NCBI GenBank assembly: GCA_034780895.1
Contig: JAUZTB010000094.1
Location: forward strand, 2,965,297-3,029,296
From: Rhynchobatus australiae
Lineage: Eukaryota
Direction of reading: 5' to 3'
DNA length: 64,000 bases
Part shown: one piece after another, positions 1 to 13,724 of the stretch
Layout of the letters: every line of letters begins with the position of its first letter
Numbering within the stretch: position 1 is the first letter of the stretch
Position numbers and translations under genes: made by a program
Notes under the pieces: model-generated
What the model saw: only the letters and a program-made list of their open reading frames with translations
Told to the model about the DNA's origin: nothing
Databases searched by the model: none

Positions 1-289
1 TTTCTTAGTTGCTTCTATTACGTTTATGATTCCTTCTTTTATAAGGCAATGATCTAATTTTTGTTTAAAAGATTTAGTTCTTCATTTAAAAAGAGTTCGT
101 GGAAGAGAACAAAACATTCTAACTACTCTAAACTTTTGAAATGCCTTCTTGTGTGATTAAATTTATGCTTCCTTGCTGGTATAGCCTTTTTTGACTTATT
201 ACGTTTCCCCTGATCTCCTTCAACAAGAACTTGGTCTTTATTGATAACCATGTTTCCTCAACCTGCATCACCCTCTAACATATCTGTTC

Positions 290-537
290 ATCTTCTTCAT
301 TACTTTCATAAAATGGGATATGCAAAATTGTAAAGAATACTCTTGCTGAATAAGACCTTGTGCAAGTTTATCACTACCTCTGGTCAATGCCTTGAAGTCT
401 AAAAATCAACTGTTTGCCTCTTTTTTTAAATAAAAGAGGTTTATTCACTTGCACTGCCACCTTCAGTAATGTGTACAAGCTCATCAAGATTCATCTGTTC
501 CTCCACATCCTTTAAAAATTTACATGCCCCTTCCTAT
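290..537 (-). mobile_element. Degenerate CR1 LINE fragment
   Basis: caaaattgtaaagaatactc, tgccaccttcagtaatgtgtaca and ctgttcctccacatcc match the reverse strand of CR1 ORF2 copies. Confidence 0.5.
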
Positions 538-3199
538 NNNNNNNNNNNNNNNNNNNNNNNNNNNNNNNNNNNNNNNNNNNNNNNNNNNNNNNNNNNNNNN
601 NNNNNNNNNNNNNNNNNNNNNNNNNNNNNNNNNNNNNATAATCTTAAACAATTTAGTTAATATTTCAATTATAATCTTAAAATGTAATAATTCATACTAT
701 CTACATAAAGCACCAGTTGTAAAATGTCTGCCCACCTTCTAGCCCATGTTGATTTGCAGCCCTTCACTACTGAAGGGAAACAAATAAGACAATTCCAGAG
801 TTCTAAACAAGCCCATTATCCAAGGGCACACCACTGCAAGACAATGCCTCTGAAATTTGGTTAAAATGTATTTTTGTTTAAAATCACATGCAATACTAAA
901 CACATGATTGCATTTAAAATAACCCACATTTACTTATTCAATAGACTTTGCTTAGGTTATATTATTTTATTTATAATGATAAAGCAATCCAGGTCTCTAG
1001 GACTGTCCACGACTCACCAGCTGTTGCCAGTATTCCTCATTCTGCGCCAGCTAGGCAAACCAGAATCAAAAAGCATGGTAACCAGCATACTCAAAATGAA
1101 TGTTGATTGAGACATAAAAACAGTGTCACAAAATTGAAAAATCCACTTACTTTATTAGAGTTCTGAGAACTGCTCTGTGAATGCTCCATTGGACCTAATT
1201 TTCATAGTAATAAAAAGACATGTTATACCACCTAGGTATTCAACGGTCTTAATAATCTATTTGAAACACAGCATAGCACAATCCAAAATAAGTAATGTTA
1301 CCTACATTGTTTGGTCTCTCATTCTTCAAATAAAAGTATCCTCCTTATTCCTCAGGAATGAGTCCAGGTTACCTACATGGACGCAATCCCTTCAGATGTT
1401 TCATTTTGGTGATGTTGCCCATGAGCTTTTCCCTTCCAGCACATTAGTGACATCATTCATTTGATGCATACATTTTTCACAGTAACCAGAACACAGTGTA
1501 ATAAACAATAGCACAATATTAAACTTTTGTGTGAAAACAAAAGCATAAGAGTGGTTCATTATTAACAGTGGCTGCAAGCATAAGGAATGAGCATAATGAA
1601 GAAATCACATTTCACAAAATATTGCAAGCAGACATCCTTGATCAAAGGGAAAATAGTTTTGGAAAAGGCAAAGTTAAAAGATGAAGGAATTCAGCCCTAG
1701 TAAACTAGCACAACTCCGAGCAACAATGTAAAAGAACTAATTCATCAGCAAACATATGCTGTATACATTACAGGAGAACAAAGCCTCAGAAATGCTGTTC
1801 CTCAACTAGGCGCCAGAAGTTTGAGGAATAAGCCATAATCAATTTCATTGGCTGGTAAATTGTTGGTCCTTCATTGTCATGAAGTATAAATCTTGGTACA
1901 TCCTGCTCACCAGTACTATAGGAATACCTTTACCAGAAAAACTGCAGCAGTTCAAGGCTGTGGCTCACCATCACCACCTCAAGGGCAATAAACACTGGGA
2001 TGCCCAGATCCCGAAAATGCAGAAGTAAAATCTGAGTTTACTGCTACTGTAGATTACGATGCCAAAAATGACAAAATAGTCAATCATTACAGCTCTCAAT
2101 TTCACAATTTCTGTGATGTTTTAATTGGGAGGCATAGCAGGGGAAAAATAAAAATCAGTGTCATAGGCCTGGAAGTCTTTTTGATTACTGTGAAGAGCAC
2201 ACCCACCCATGGTTTGTATTTGCATGTTCACTCTACTCCATTATTGAGTATTCTTTCCTTGTATGGAAATGTTCTGCCAATGTCAGAAAATTGACTCAGA
2301 TGTCAAATGACCACTACAGAATCATCAGTGGCTGCCTTAATCCAATGAATGCCAACAGCTTATACTTCCCTACTGTGGCTGGAAATCTGTGGCCAGTCAA
2401 GGGGAAAGGAATCAACAAACCAAGAATGCTGAACATCCTCAACATAGTCACACTACTGTAGAAAATTGCCTCAAGTCCCATGGGAGTTTCATTACAACAC
2501 AGGTAAACCAGCACTAACAACAGAACCACCTACTGAGTTGTGGGAGGCGCGACTTGCAGATAATGGGCCTAGCATGTCACCTGAGCAGCTTACTGCAGAA
2601 GTGGAGGAGGAATAGACTACCTGGAAGGCCCCAAATTGACTCTGTACAAAAGTCAGCTGGCCAAGAGCTGACAGGGTGAAATGTGTTGCCACCACAATAC
2701 CCAAAACCTGCAAGTGTGCTGAGATATAGACAACACAACACCTTTTTGTCTGCCCATACATGATTCAGGATCATGAAAGAGGTCAGTTCATAAGCTTTGT
2801 ATTGTTATCTTCAATGGAAATAGATGATTTTGGTGGGGTGTTTTAATTTTAGTAACAAAAAGGTATACTTCAATAAATGCAAGCTTTCTGCTACAACTGA
2901 AGAAAGTCTGGTCTTCAAATGTAATGAAACTCTCTCTCTCAATATTCTGCATAGATAGCAAAATACTGAATAGTTTTACTTCAACTGACTACTGCTTTGT
3001 GACTTTGGACCAAACCTACCCCAACTTACCCAAAAAAGAGCTTGCATTTAACATAGGCCTTTTCGCTACTACAGCAAGTCTCAATGTTTGTTCACAAAAA
3101 AGTGCACTCTGTTGCAACGTAGAAGATGCTGCAGCAAATACACACAAAGCAAACTCCCTCAAACATCAATATGATAATCAAATTTTAAGATACATTGAT

Positions 3200-3440
3200 T
3201 GAAATAAGTAACCACTAGGATTAATGGGATAACTCAAAATCCTCTTCAGTGCTGGGATATTTTAAGTTCACTTGAGAAAGCAGATGAGGACTTGGGTTTA
3301 CTCGAATCCAAAAAATAGCAAGCACACCACTGAAATATTTACCTAGATTCTTGTAATTTATGCAGAGACTTGAACTCACTGCCTCCTTACTCAGAGGTGA
3401 GAGTCCTACTCAGTAGATCATGGCTGACGCTGCAAAATTT
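3200..3440 (-). mobile_element. Deu-domain SINE remnant
   Basis: cttgaactcactgcctccttactcagaggtgagagt (tRNA-like head, reversed) and a body similar to 45085-45260 and 49800-50020. Confidence 0.5.
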
Positions 3441-5194
3441 TCTTATGGACATAATACAAATGCTAGAATGTAGATTCAGATACAATAACAGCTTCTGATG
3501 TTCAGTGAGTAAATACATCATACTGCACCAAGCTGTAGATATCGAAGTATATTTCCTCTGGTTTGTACTGTTATTCATCAGCTGGCTGGAAATGATAACA
3601 CAACTAGCTAAAGCTCAAAAGTAGCATGAAAATGGGACTCAGCCAAATCTATATATTAAATGGTTAAAAGCTGGTGAATAAATACCAAATGCATCTCTCC
3701 AACCAAATACTAGGAACCATTTAGGTTGATCTGCACTTCTGATTTCCCTTTTGATTCCCTTTTGAAGCCAGGAACAAGAGAAGCAATTAGGATTTGCGTT
3801 GGCACTACAATACTAGCAGCCTCAACTTAATTTGAAAATCATTTCTGTACATAAAAGGGGCATTATTTCAGAAATAGTCATTGTGGGTGCATGATCCTAA
3901 TTTGCATAAATTCACAGCATATTTTACTGGTACACCACCCCTTCCTATCAGATGTCTCATTTGAAGTGATGGACTCAGTTGAAGAGAGCTTTGCCATCTG
4001 CTTTTTCAGGGTATCCCTTCCACTAACTTAAGACTTCTCAGTTAAACATTATTACTTCCAAGTTTTCAAGACTTCATCTGCAGTAAACTCCATGTTCCAC
4101 TGCTTGATACAAACTAACTTGTCTTTTATATCCCAGATATCAAACAGGTGGGCACTGTAGTCCTCCACTATGCAGAGGATTTTAAAAAATGTACTCAGTT
4201 TTAGCCTTCTTGTGAAAAAACTTGACAGGCCTTGAAGGAACAGCAACATGAAAGAGATCATTCATGAGAACCATTTTCAGGAAAAATAGATTAACATTTA
4301 TACAATAGGGCAGGCCTTAGCCAAACACCATTCAAGTAGACTGAGTGACCTCTTAGGGTAACCTACTTATGTAAGAATTCTTGTTTGTTGAGAGGTGGGG
4401 GAGAACAGCTTTGGAGGGAGACTGAGTAATTTTAGTTCTACTTTGACACAGTAGCTTAAAGCTAAATCATTTTGGGTTCCCTTCTCTGCTTTTATGTATT
4501 CAGTGATGTAATTCATGACAACAGCAGGAAGGAGTGAAAGATGCAACTATAAAGATATGGTTTGTGAAAATAGGAAGAAACCTAGCCAAGGGAAAGGATG
4601 AGTTCCAGAAGACAAGATAATGAGCAGAGGATTCTATCACTAATGATAGCATGGATGAGGAATAAGGAAGAATGTACAGCAAGCCAGATTCAGTAGAGTG
4701 GAGCATGCAGGCCATGATAGAGCTGCAGGGGGTTTGAAAAGTGGGACAATGACGAATTGTAGATCTGCTCTCTACATTCTATGTAGAACCGAGCTAGGAA
4801 GGGTGACAAGAGAAAGTTGTACAAAACTGTTGACCCCACCCCCAACAAATCCCTTCCTTGCTCCACACTCATTGGCATGTCCTTTCACTTTCAAAACTAG
4901 TGTCATCACCCACTCCTCAAAGGAACCTGCATCTTTGAAAGACAGACCTTATCCCTTATCTGAATGTCTTCCCCAAACTTGTTACCTTACAATTTTACAA
5001 CAATTTCTGCTGCAAATCTGGTAGAATCTCTCTAAAATGACCATGGCCATTGGTATACCAAAACAGCCCAACCAATTACAAACTACATTGAGATTATCAG
5101 TACATTATTCTCTTCATTCCGATATTCATCCTCTCCAATACCTGTTAACTAGTTATTATGACTGAAATTGGGTAGGATCAGAATTTTTAATTGT

Positions 5195-5280
5195 TTTTCA
5201 CTTCACAAATGCAGCCCGACCCTGCAGAATATTTCCAATAGTTTTATTTCAGATTTCCAGCATCTGCAGTGGTTTGCCTT
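5195..5280 (+). repeat. Penelope-type terminal repeat fragment
   Basis: ttatttcagatttccagcatctgcag motif shared with other copies (also 6722-6825, 10812-10885, 22310-22360). Confidence 0.6.
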
Positions 5281-5899
5281 TAAATCATAGGATTTCCCTG
5301 CCTAGCTCCAATCACACATATGCACTGTAAGAGTTTCTACAGAAATAACTTCCCTTCCTACCTGCAGTCTGCAGTTATAACATTCAATTCCTGTCATTTT
5401 TCTGGCCTCAAAACATTCTTCATTACAATACCTGCAAGTTCATCCAACTCTGCCTCTACTTCCATCCAGTTCCCACTGAAACTTTCACCTGTACCATGTC
5501 AGTTTCCAACTTCATTATTTCCAGCTGGTTTCCAATTCTCCACACTCAGTAAACCAACTACCCAAACTCTGTGGCCTCGTTTCCTAATCAGAATCAAGTC
5601 CCAGTTGACTTTAAAAAAATAACATCTGCAAAGTGCTTTACAGAATTTACTAAGGCCAATATATCATTACAAGTTGCTGCAGAAGACACTCCCTCATTAT
5701 GGATGGGATTTGCGGTACTGTCTAATGGGGCAGACTCTGAGATTTGGGGGTAGAATGGCAGTGACAAAGCAAACTCTTCCACTTGTGTTGTACTGCTTCC
5801 CATTTGGGCTACCAAATTTTAAGTTGCAGATCATTTCAGTTCATCCATCAAATGGGAAGCAGTACAACACAAATGGCTTTGAAATCAACAGTGCCAGTC

Positions 5900-6330
5900 A
5901 AGGGGAGAGCAAGGTGCTAACGGTGTACATTTGAAAACTGAATCCATGTTTATGAAATAAAGGAACATGAGAGGTTGTGGAGGACAAGTCAATGTCAGGG
6001 ACTCAAGAATGATACTGATTTTGAAAGGATTTCAATACAGAAAGGACAAAAACTGAAATGAATAGATGAAACAAGGTTGTGGAAGGAGCAACAGCAAAGC
6101 TGCGTGAAGGAAAACCAGCTATGAAGCAGTATCTTTAAAGAAAATGGCAAAACAGTACTTGTGCAAAGTGAATCGTCAAAATTGTCAGTGTGTACTGGGG
6201 AAAAGCAGTTGAGTTCTCAGGAATTGGTAGGGGATAATGGAGGCAAGAGATACATTTGACATTGGGTTGAATGCAAGAGAGGGGAAACCAAAAATGAGCG
6301 TAATTAGGGCCAGGTACTTGCTATATTGTG
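5900..6330 (-). mobile_element. Degenerate L2-like LINE fragment
   Basis: Purine-rich plus strand resembling the reverse complement of L2 ORF2; similar tract at ~4500-4810. Confidence 0.35.
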
Positions 6331-9300
6331 AGGCTCTATTAAAAAGGTACAACTGCCATTTCTTAAACATTTCAGTCAACAGAAAGTCCATCATGCCTAG
6401 CAACAGCACAGAAGTAACAGCAGCTGCAATTTCCATTTAAGCAAGCAATGAAAAGCATTGTTTCAGTCACACTGGAAGTCATGCCAGAAAGCTACCTGCC
6501 ACTGGATACAAAATGAGAAGCACTTTTACCCAAGAATAAAATTCCACATGGCATGCATCTACAGTTCAGGTGAGAAAGAATGTGTGAAAACCTCAAAAGG
6601 CTAGATTATGGTCTACTAAAATGGATGTTTTCAATGGCCTTTCAATTTTAACAGTTTAGGAATTAATTGATGTAAAATTGATACAGCCACACTCAGAGGG
6701 CCTATTAATCAACTAAAAATTATCTGAAGGGTCTTTGACCTGAAACATTAACTGTTTCTATTTACACAGATATTGTCTGATCTGCTGAGCATTTCCAGCA
6801 CTTTATTTCAGATTTCAAGCATCAGTTTTTAAAATTTGCATTGAAAGTTATGTGGTTGTAAATAAAACACTTCAGAATGTTTTCAATATAAATGGCTGTG
6901 TGTGAAATGATAGAGGAGCCAGAAATGAAGCAACTGCCCAGCTTCAGATATACGGACATGTGGCAACAAACAAGACCAAAACCCACTAAGCAGGAATTTA
7001 AACAGGTCTACGAGTCCAGGCACATGGATTGTGTTTGATTCTAGGTAGCAACTTAAAACTCCAATAATAGCCATAACTGTAGCTTGCATTTCCTTTTTTG
7101 AAGTAGTAGTACTTAACAGAAAATCTGGGTATCTATAAGCAGCATTTCTCCTCAGGCAGCAGTGCATTTTGGTTTCTCTCCCTAGCGCANNNNNNNNNNN
7201 NNNNNNNNNNNNNNNNNNNNNNNNNNNNNNNNNGTTATTTACAGTATGGCTTCCAATTGTAGTTCAAGTTATGTTTGATAGATAGTTCTACATTGTTTGG
7301 GGTGACCTTTATACACAGTTTGTAATGCTATTATATTGAATAGATAAGGCCATGGGCCATTATTCTCCAGTAAATACATTCATTTACTGATATGTTGGCA
7401 CAAGATCCTTCCTTACTGGTGGTTATTTCATTATCAAAAATAGCCAAACAGGAAAGTGGTTTTCAAAAGCCATACTTTTAAGACTCCAAGTGTTGTGAAC
7501 CAAAGATCATTGCTTATCATTTTGTAATTAGAGTTTCTTCCTCCTCCATCTGCTACAAAAACTGACCAATAATTTAAAATCTCATTATATTATGCAGAGC
7601 AATCATTTCATCCTCCAAACCAAAGAGCAGCTCAATAAAAATACTGAAACTTTAGTGGATTTTGGCTTAAGTTAAAAACACTAATTTCTTTTCAAATGAT
7701 TACTCATTGGAGAATAGCTCCAGTAGGAAGCACTCTCCCAAAACATAAAACATAAGTTTATGCAAATCACTCATTTTTTTTCTAAATGGCATTCGTAGTA
7801 CTACCCAAAGTGAGAATGTGGATAAAGGCAATCTACTGCAAGCAGACAAGAACAAACCCACATGATTCATAGCTTACCAAATGGCATGCCTAGACTTGCC
7901 TTCATAAGGTAAAGGATATAGAAAAAACCCTCCCATTTTCCATCTGGAGTTACTGCTGTATTTCTCATCAGTAACTAAGATTAGAAGATCCTGAAGGCCT
8001 TTATCAAAATAATGTAACAGCTAAACTCAGCACGGAAGCTCCCGGGCCCATAATATCAACACCTCACTCTCTATGGCTTCTAACCTAGCTCTGGCTCCTT
8101 GTGAGGCATGGAACAGAGGTTAGCACAACTCTGGTTATCAGGAGGTATCCATACATGGGATAATTATTTACAACAAACACAAAGGAAGATCCCCCGTAAA
8201 AAAAAGGCTTCAAATCGAAGTTAGTATCCAAGGGCTTGAGTGTCATTTTCCAGCTTCTTTCTTCATCTGTAGTAAAGACAATGGAGTTGTGCAACATGAT
8301 AGTGAAACAACAAATGTAGAAAAAACCTGTCAGATTTATTTTCTCTCTTATTCCTTCAACTAATTTGCCTTTTTTTGTTTTCTTTTCTGCAAAATTCAAG
8401 CAACAAGCCAGTGGACCAAAGGAAAACACTATAGAAATATTTAACTGAAAAAAAATCCAGTCACCAACATTAACCCAGAAGTTTAACTGAAATTGTACTT
8501 CATTAAATCTTCCAAAATTATTTGATGTGATTTTGATCAGAAGCTGAAAGATACATGAATGAATCGATGTGAACCTGTTCTAGATCACCAAGATTTAACC
8601 TAGTTTTTAAAGAGACCTCCATATTCTAATTGGAGGAGACGAAGGGGTGGATCTCTACACTCTGTTAGAGGCTGGGGTACATAATCTAGCCATAATGGTG
8701 TATCCAAATGGATACTGGGTATGTTCCACAAAGCAAACTACAGCATTGTGGTTAATAAGCCAGAGCAATAAAACTGATTTTAGTAACCCGTGTGCATTGG
8801 CTTTGAAGAACTTTTGCAGAAGCCTCCAATGATGTCTACAAAGTGTGCATAAGATTACATAAACCTAAGTTGAAGAAATTTATGACTGGTGTGCATATTA
8901 TTTTGAAACTTGGCAAAAGGATCTTTCTTAACATGGCAAAATAAAGATCTATGAAGCATGTCTCACACTTTAAACCAAAAAACACAATATAACCTTATTA
9001 TTATTATTAAGTTGGAACAAAAATGACTAAAAAGAACAACAATCCAAAACCTTTCAGGTGCTGGTCAGTTTTCATAGATACTCCAATTGTATTTTTTCAA
9101 ACAGCTACACCACACCCAACTGTTTCTCTCCCAAAACTTTTGAGCTGTTATTTTCAGGAAAAGGGCAACTTGTACAGAGCAGCATTTCTTGTCCATCCAG
9201 CATTCATCAAGGTGATATGCAATCTTTAAATGCTCCAATCCTTTGGTATTAGTTCTCCCAACAAAGTTAATTTCTAGGATTAAGCCCCAAAACATTTCAC

Positions 9301-11989
9301 ACATTAATTAGAAAATGTACACCTTGGAAAGGAAGTTGCATTGAAGTTCTTTTTAAGGGTGAAGGGCACAAGATAGAGTTGCTCAGTTCCTGCAGAATGT
9401 ACATCTTGCAGCCAAAGTGCCCCAGTGGTAGATATGGAGACAAAGAGCATATGCACTGATCAAAGTTAACTGCTGTGTGCTGGATTATGATCTTGCTGCT
9501 ACCACATCCATCAGTCTGAACTAATGGTAAGCTTTCATCACATTCCTGACTTATGTTTTGTGGATAATGTAGATCCTTTGAACAGTCAGTCTGCCACTCT
9601 TACAGCCCCATTGTTGATACCACTGTTACCTGGAGGTTAATGTTGGGAGTCTTAACCAGAACATTGGAGATCAAGGAGTAACACCAGGATTCTCATATTC
9701 AAAATCTGTTCCCCACCAGTTCACAGCCCCAAACCAGACATTATTCAGGCATTACTGTAAATTGGTATGAGCTACTTCATTATCAGGAGTTGAAAACAAC
9801 AATCCTGAAAAGGAAGAGTCATTAATGAAGCAGCTTAAGGTGACACACTTCTCAAATGACATTCTGTAGAGATGATAACTGCCTAACAATTGCAAGCTTC
9901 TTCCTATACATCAAGTATGACTCTAGCCATCATCCCAAGATTCCATGATTTCTGCTCCCATAATCAAATACTGTCCAACTATAGAGTATTACTCTTACCT
10001 CTCCCCTGCCAGTTTCCTGACCCTCACCAAGATCAAGGCTAAGATGGGGGCCAAAGCCAACAAGTTCTACTAGAAATGAAACTATGATCAACTTATTGGT
10101 GTTATTTGCTTGAGAAGGAAAACTATCCTGCATTCCAATGGTTTTCTCCACCACAGCCCTTGCATGCTCAGAGGAAGATTGCAGAGGAAACATACAGGAG
10201 GGAAATTTTAAGTGCAGGATTAAGTGGCTAAAATTTCAGGAACAAAGAGCATCTAAAATACTTCTAGAAACTCATGTGTAACATTTCCTTTAGAAAGTAC
10301 ACGTCAAAAGAATAATCAAAATCAAAAGTTGTGTAGATTTGATCAAAACAATATTAATTGGCAATACATTAACAATGTCATTAGGACTATTCTTAACTGT
10401 GTCATCAGTATTTCAACCAAACAAACTCAAATGTATGGACCAACTCAGAACAAGGAGGGGCACTACTAAATTAAAATTCCTGCATGAGCAGCAAGGAACC
10501 ACACAATGTTCTTTCCATTAAAGGGCTTTTAAGGCATGTGATCCATCACTAATGTAATCTCTAGTGCCTCTTAACACTAAGATTTTAGAAGAGGTGGTGT
10601 AATAATAACCTTCATATTCTTCAATGCAGATTTTTGACAGCAGCAAAGAGGCTTCTTTAAATTTTTCCACTAGGTATATCAGAGGTTTACAGGACATATC
10701 TTGCAATGTCTAATTTGGACAAGCACTAAAATGTGGCTGGCAATTGGAGAATCACAGCCTAGCAATCCTTTGAAGAGAAAGGGAGCCAGTTTTCAATTGC
10801 CAAGAAAAGCTTGAGCAACATACAAAGCACTGGAGGAACTCAGTGGGTCAGGCAGCATCTATAGAGGGAAATGGACAGTCAATGTGTTGCCAAGAAAAAC
10901 TTCCCAAGTTGGGAAAGCAAAGCTGAATTGAACCATCCCTCATCATGCGCTTCTGTAACACAGTATCAATTGCTTTATTACTTACAATGATGTATAGCAT
11001 TATCTAGATTTTCACTGATAATTTCATTTTGACATGCAAACTGCACGGTATTCCAAATACATGTGTATCCTCCAGTACCCTAAAGGGAGCAAAGAAAACC
11101 TCATTCAATCACACGAACATTCACTGCAATGCCTCTTATATCCAATCACCAAGTTAATATCATTAGACAATGCTTCACCTTTTGGAATTTTTCTAACAAA
11201 ATCATATCAAAGATGCAACTAGCAGCATCTGGTACCATACTTTTGATACTGGTTTAATAAAATGAATATAGTTAGGCAATTTTTTTTTAAACTGGACTGG
11301 AAATACAAAAGCCTTTTGAGCCAATAAACAGGAAATCTAGAATTCATATCATGGCACCAAGATTAAATTCACTTCAGAANNNNNNNNNNNNNNNNNNNNN
11401 NNNNNNNNNNNNNNNNNNNNNNNNNNNNNNNNNNNNNNNNNNNNNNNNNNNNNNNNNNNNNNNNNNNNNNNNNNNNNNNCATGGAAAATAAACAAGATTG
11501 TCTTCTGAAGTTGCCAAGATAGTTGCAAAATTAATGCCTTTTAGAGAAATTAATGTTAAGCCTGATCTGGCCAATATGCAACTCCGGTCCAATGTAAATC
11601 AGGTTGACACTTAACTACCTTCTGAGGTAGCCAAAGGTTAATAGCTTTAAGCAATTACCTTTTATCCCTGTCCCAAGGTGGAGGGTAGAGAACAAAGCAT
11701 CATTATTCAGACTGCAGAAAGCAATGTGCCATAAGTATCAGTGCTAGGACTACTTACTCAAAATTTGGGATTTAGAAGTCTATCTAGATCACTGATGCCC
11801 TACAGGGATGGAAATGTTATCCATACCAGATATGGTCTGTGTGATGCAAAACCCACGGCAATGTAGTCAACTCTTAACTGCCCTACAAAGAGGCCTAGCA
11901 AGACCCAGTTCAGGAATGGGCAATAATTGCAACAATTGATACCCACAACCTAACCAATCAATAACAGAAAATCACAACACATAACATCA

Positions 11990-12550
11990 TTAAAAAGAAA
12001 AACTAGCAGCTAAGTGGCAATTATACCTTAACAGGGAGGTCTGGCATATCAGGAGAAAAGCGGAAGCATTAGCTGACAGACAAGCAATTAACTGGGCAGA
12101 AGAGAGGAGAGGGATACCGACGATGAGATTGTTACAAGTAGCAACTGGCCAGCACATCAAATCAATGCATTTCCAGGATTTGAAAGTAATGGTCAAGCAC
12201 AGTTTTGAGCCTCTACTATATATTAAAAAAATGGCATTAAAATACAAGACAGAAAAATTTAGAAATGTTACCAGAACAGAGAGATTATAGCTGTCAGGAA
12301 AAGTGAAGATTTTTTTTAAAAAAAGGTGGCACAAATATGTATGGTTTGGACAAGGCGGATGTGCAGCGAGCAAAAATACAGAGGCCATAAATAAAGCATA
12401 TTTGGTTCAATAAAGAAATGTGGACCTCACAAGCGCAGAAATGGTTGAAACAAATAGCTTTTATGTTTTCAAAAGGAAACTAGAGTGCACACGAGGAATA
12501 AAAGTTTGCTGAAAGACTGAGATGGAATGAGAATAAACCCACATAGGATA
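11990..12550 (+). mobile_element. Degenerate CR1 LINE 3' fragment
   Basis: cagttttgag, ttaccagaa...gagattatag and ttttcaaaaggaaactaga resemble the other CR1 copies in the window. Confidence 0.4.
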
Positions 12551-13718
12551 GCCAATAAACATTACTTTACCAGCCACACCCACAATTTAAAATAAAGTTC
12601 ACAACAGACCTTGCACCCACTAATTTCAAACGATTTTGATAACATCAAGTAAAGATGAACTTGAGCCTAAGTCCCAAGAGGTTGAAAAGTCTATCTAACC
12701 TACTTCACATCATTGATCCTACCATTTCCATTATCTCAAATGTTTAGTGCAAGCAACATTCATTCCTTCAGATATGTTGGCAAATAAGAAACTGCCTTTT
12801 ATAAACCTATCAGACAAGATTTATTTCTGAACATATTCATTAAAACATAACCATATTGTGGATAATGGTAAAATTAATTACCACTCAAATTTCCTGTTTG
12901 TAGCTTTGTAACTTTTGCTAAAAGTGCAATCAAATTCGCTGCCAATCCAGCAAGTTTAGCTGAGGATTAGCCTGCTCAGAGTTTGCTAATCTTAGCTATG
13001 GTAAAAGTGGCTCCCCAATATGCCACAGCATCCCAATTTATGATGAAAAGAGACAAGATTTCCACACCTTATCAAGATTCCCACTGGAAGTGCGCACATG
13101 GATGTCAAGGATAAGATCATCTTGTTGAGTCATTTGGATCAAATGACAGAACAAGGGATTTTTAATATAATGAAGTCTCACTTGTTACCTTTCAAATCAA
13201 CTGGTGCAAACAGTATTTCAATAGATAGGACTTATGACACGCTTCCAGTGCAAAAAAATCAGCCCAACAACTCACCTGCTTCTATTCCATGCTTTTTCCA
13301 AGACAAGCCCTTTCTGAACATCTCTCCATGATTTCATTTTTACTGAATTATACACTTCTACATTTAAAATCACATACAAAGGAAACAGTGCTGGCAAGGA
13401 GAGCTAACAGGCAAGGTGCATTGTATGTGACAGCTATTTCTTAATTCACTGCCACAGCCAAAATGAATTCCTACCAGATGATTTAACAGCTAAAAAGTAC
13501 AAATTGACAGTTTGATCAAAAGGAGCTGTCACCTCCCGATGTTGAGCACATTTTTAAAAAAAAAGTTATTTAACTTGGGCCGAGTTGAATTTATAATTTG
13601 TGTCAGAGGTGAAGTGTTTTAACTCACTGCATCATCTGGTTACAAAAAAAATGTCAATCTACTGAAGTTTGCACTATAAACACAAGGAATACAAAACAAT
13701 ACACAAATGAAAATTTGT

Positions 13719-13724
13719 TTTATT
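13719..13724 (-). terminator. Candidate polyadenylation signal (AATAAA) for copy A
   Basis: Plus-strand TTTATT, with a T/GT-rich tract downstream on the minus strand (ttgtgtattgttttgt). It closes a ~3 kb repeat-poor stretch that looks like a 3'UTR. Confidence 0.35.

Noticed and set aside
1011-1110. Hydrophobic stretch followed by WRRMRN, reminiscent of ESYT1 exon 1
   Set aside because: The frame stops a few codons later, and no other ESYT1 exons were found.
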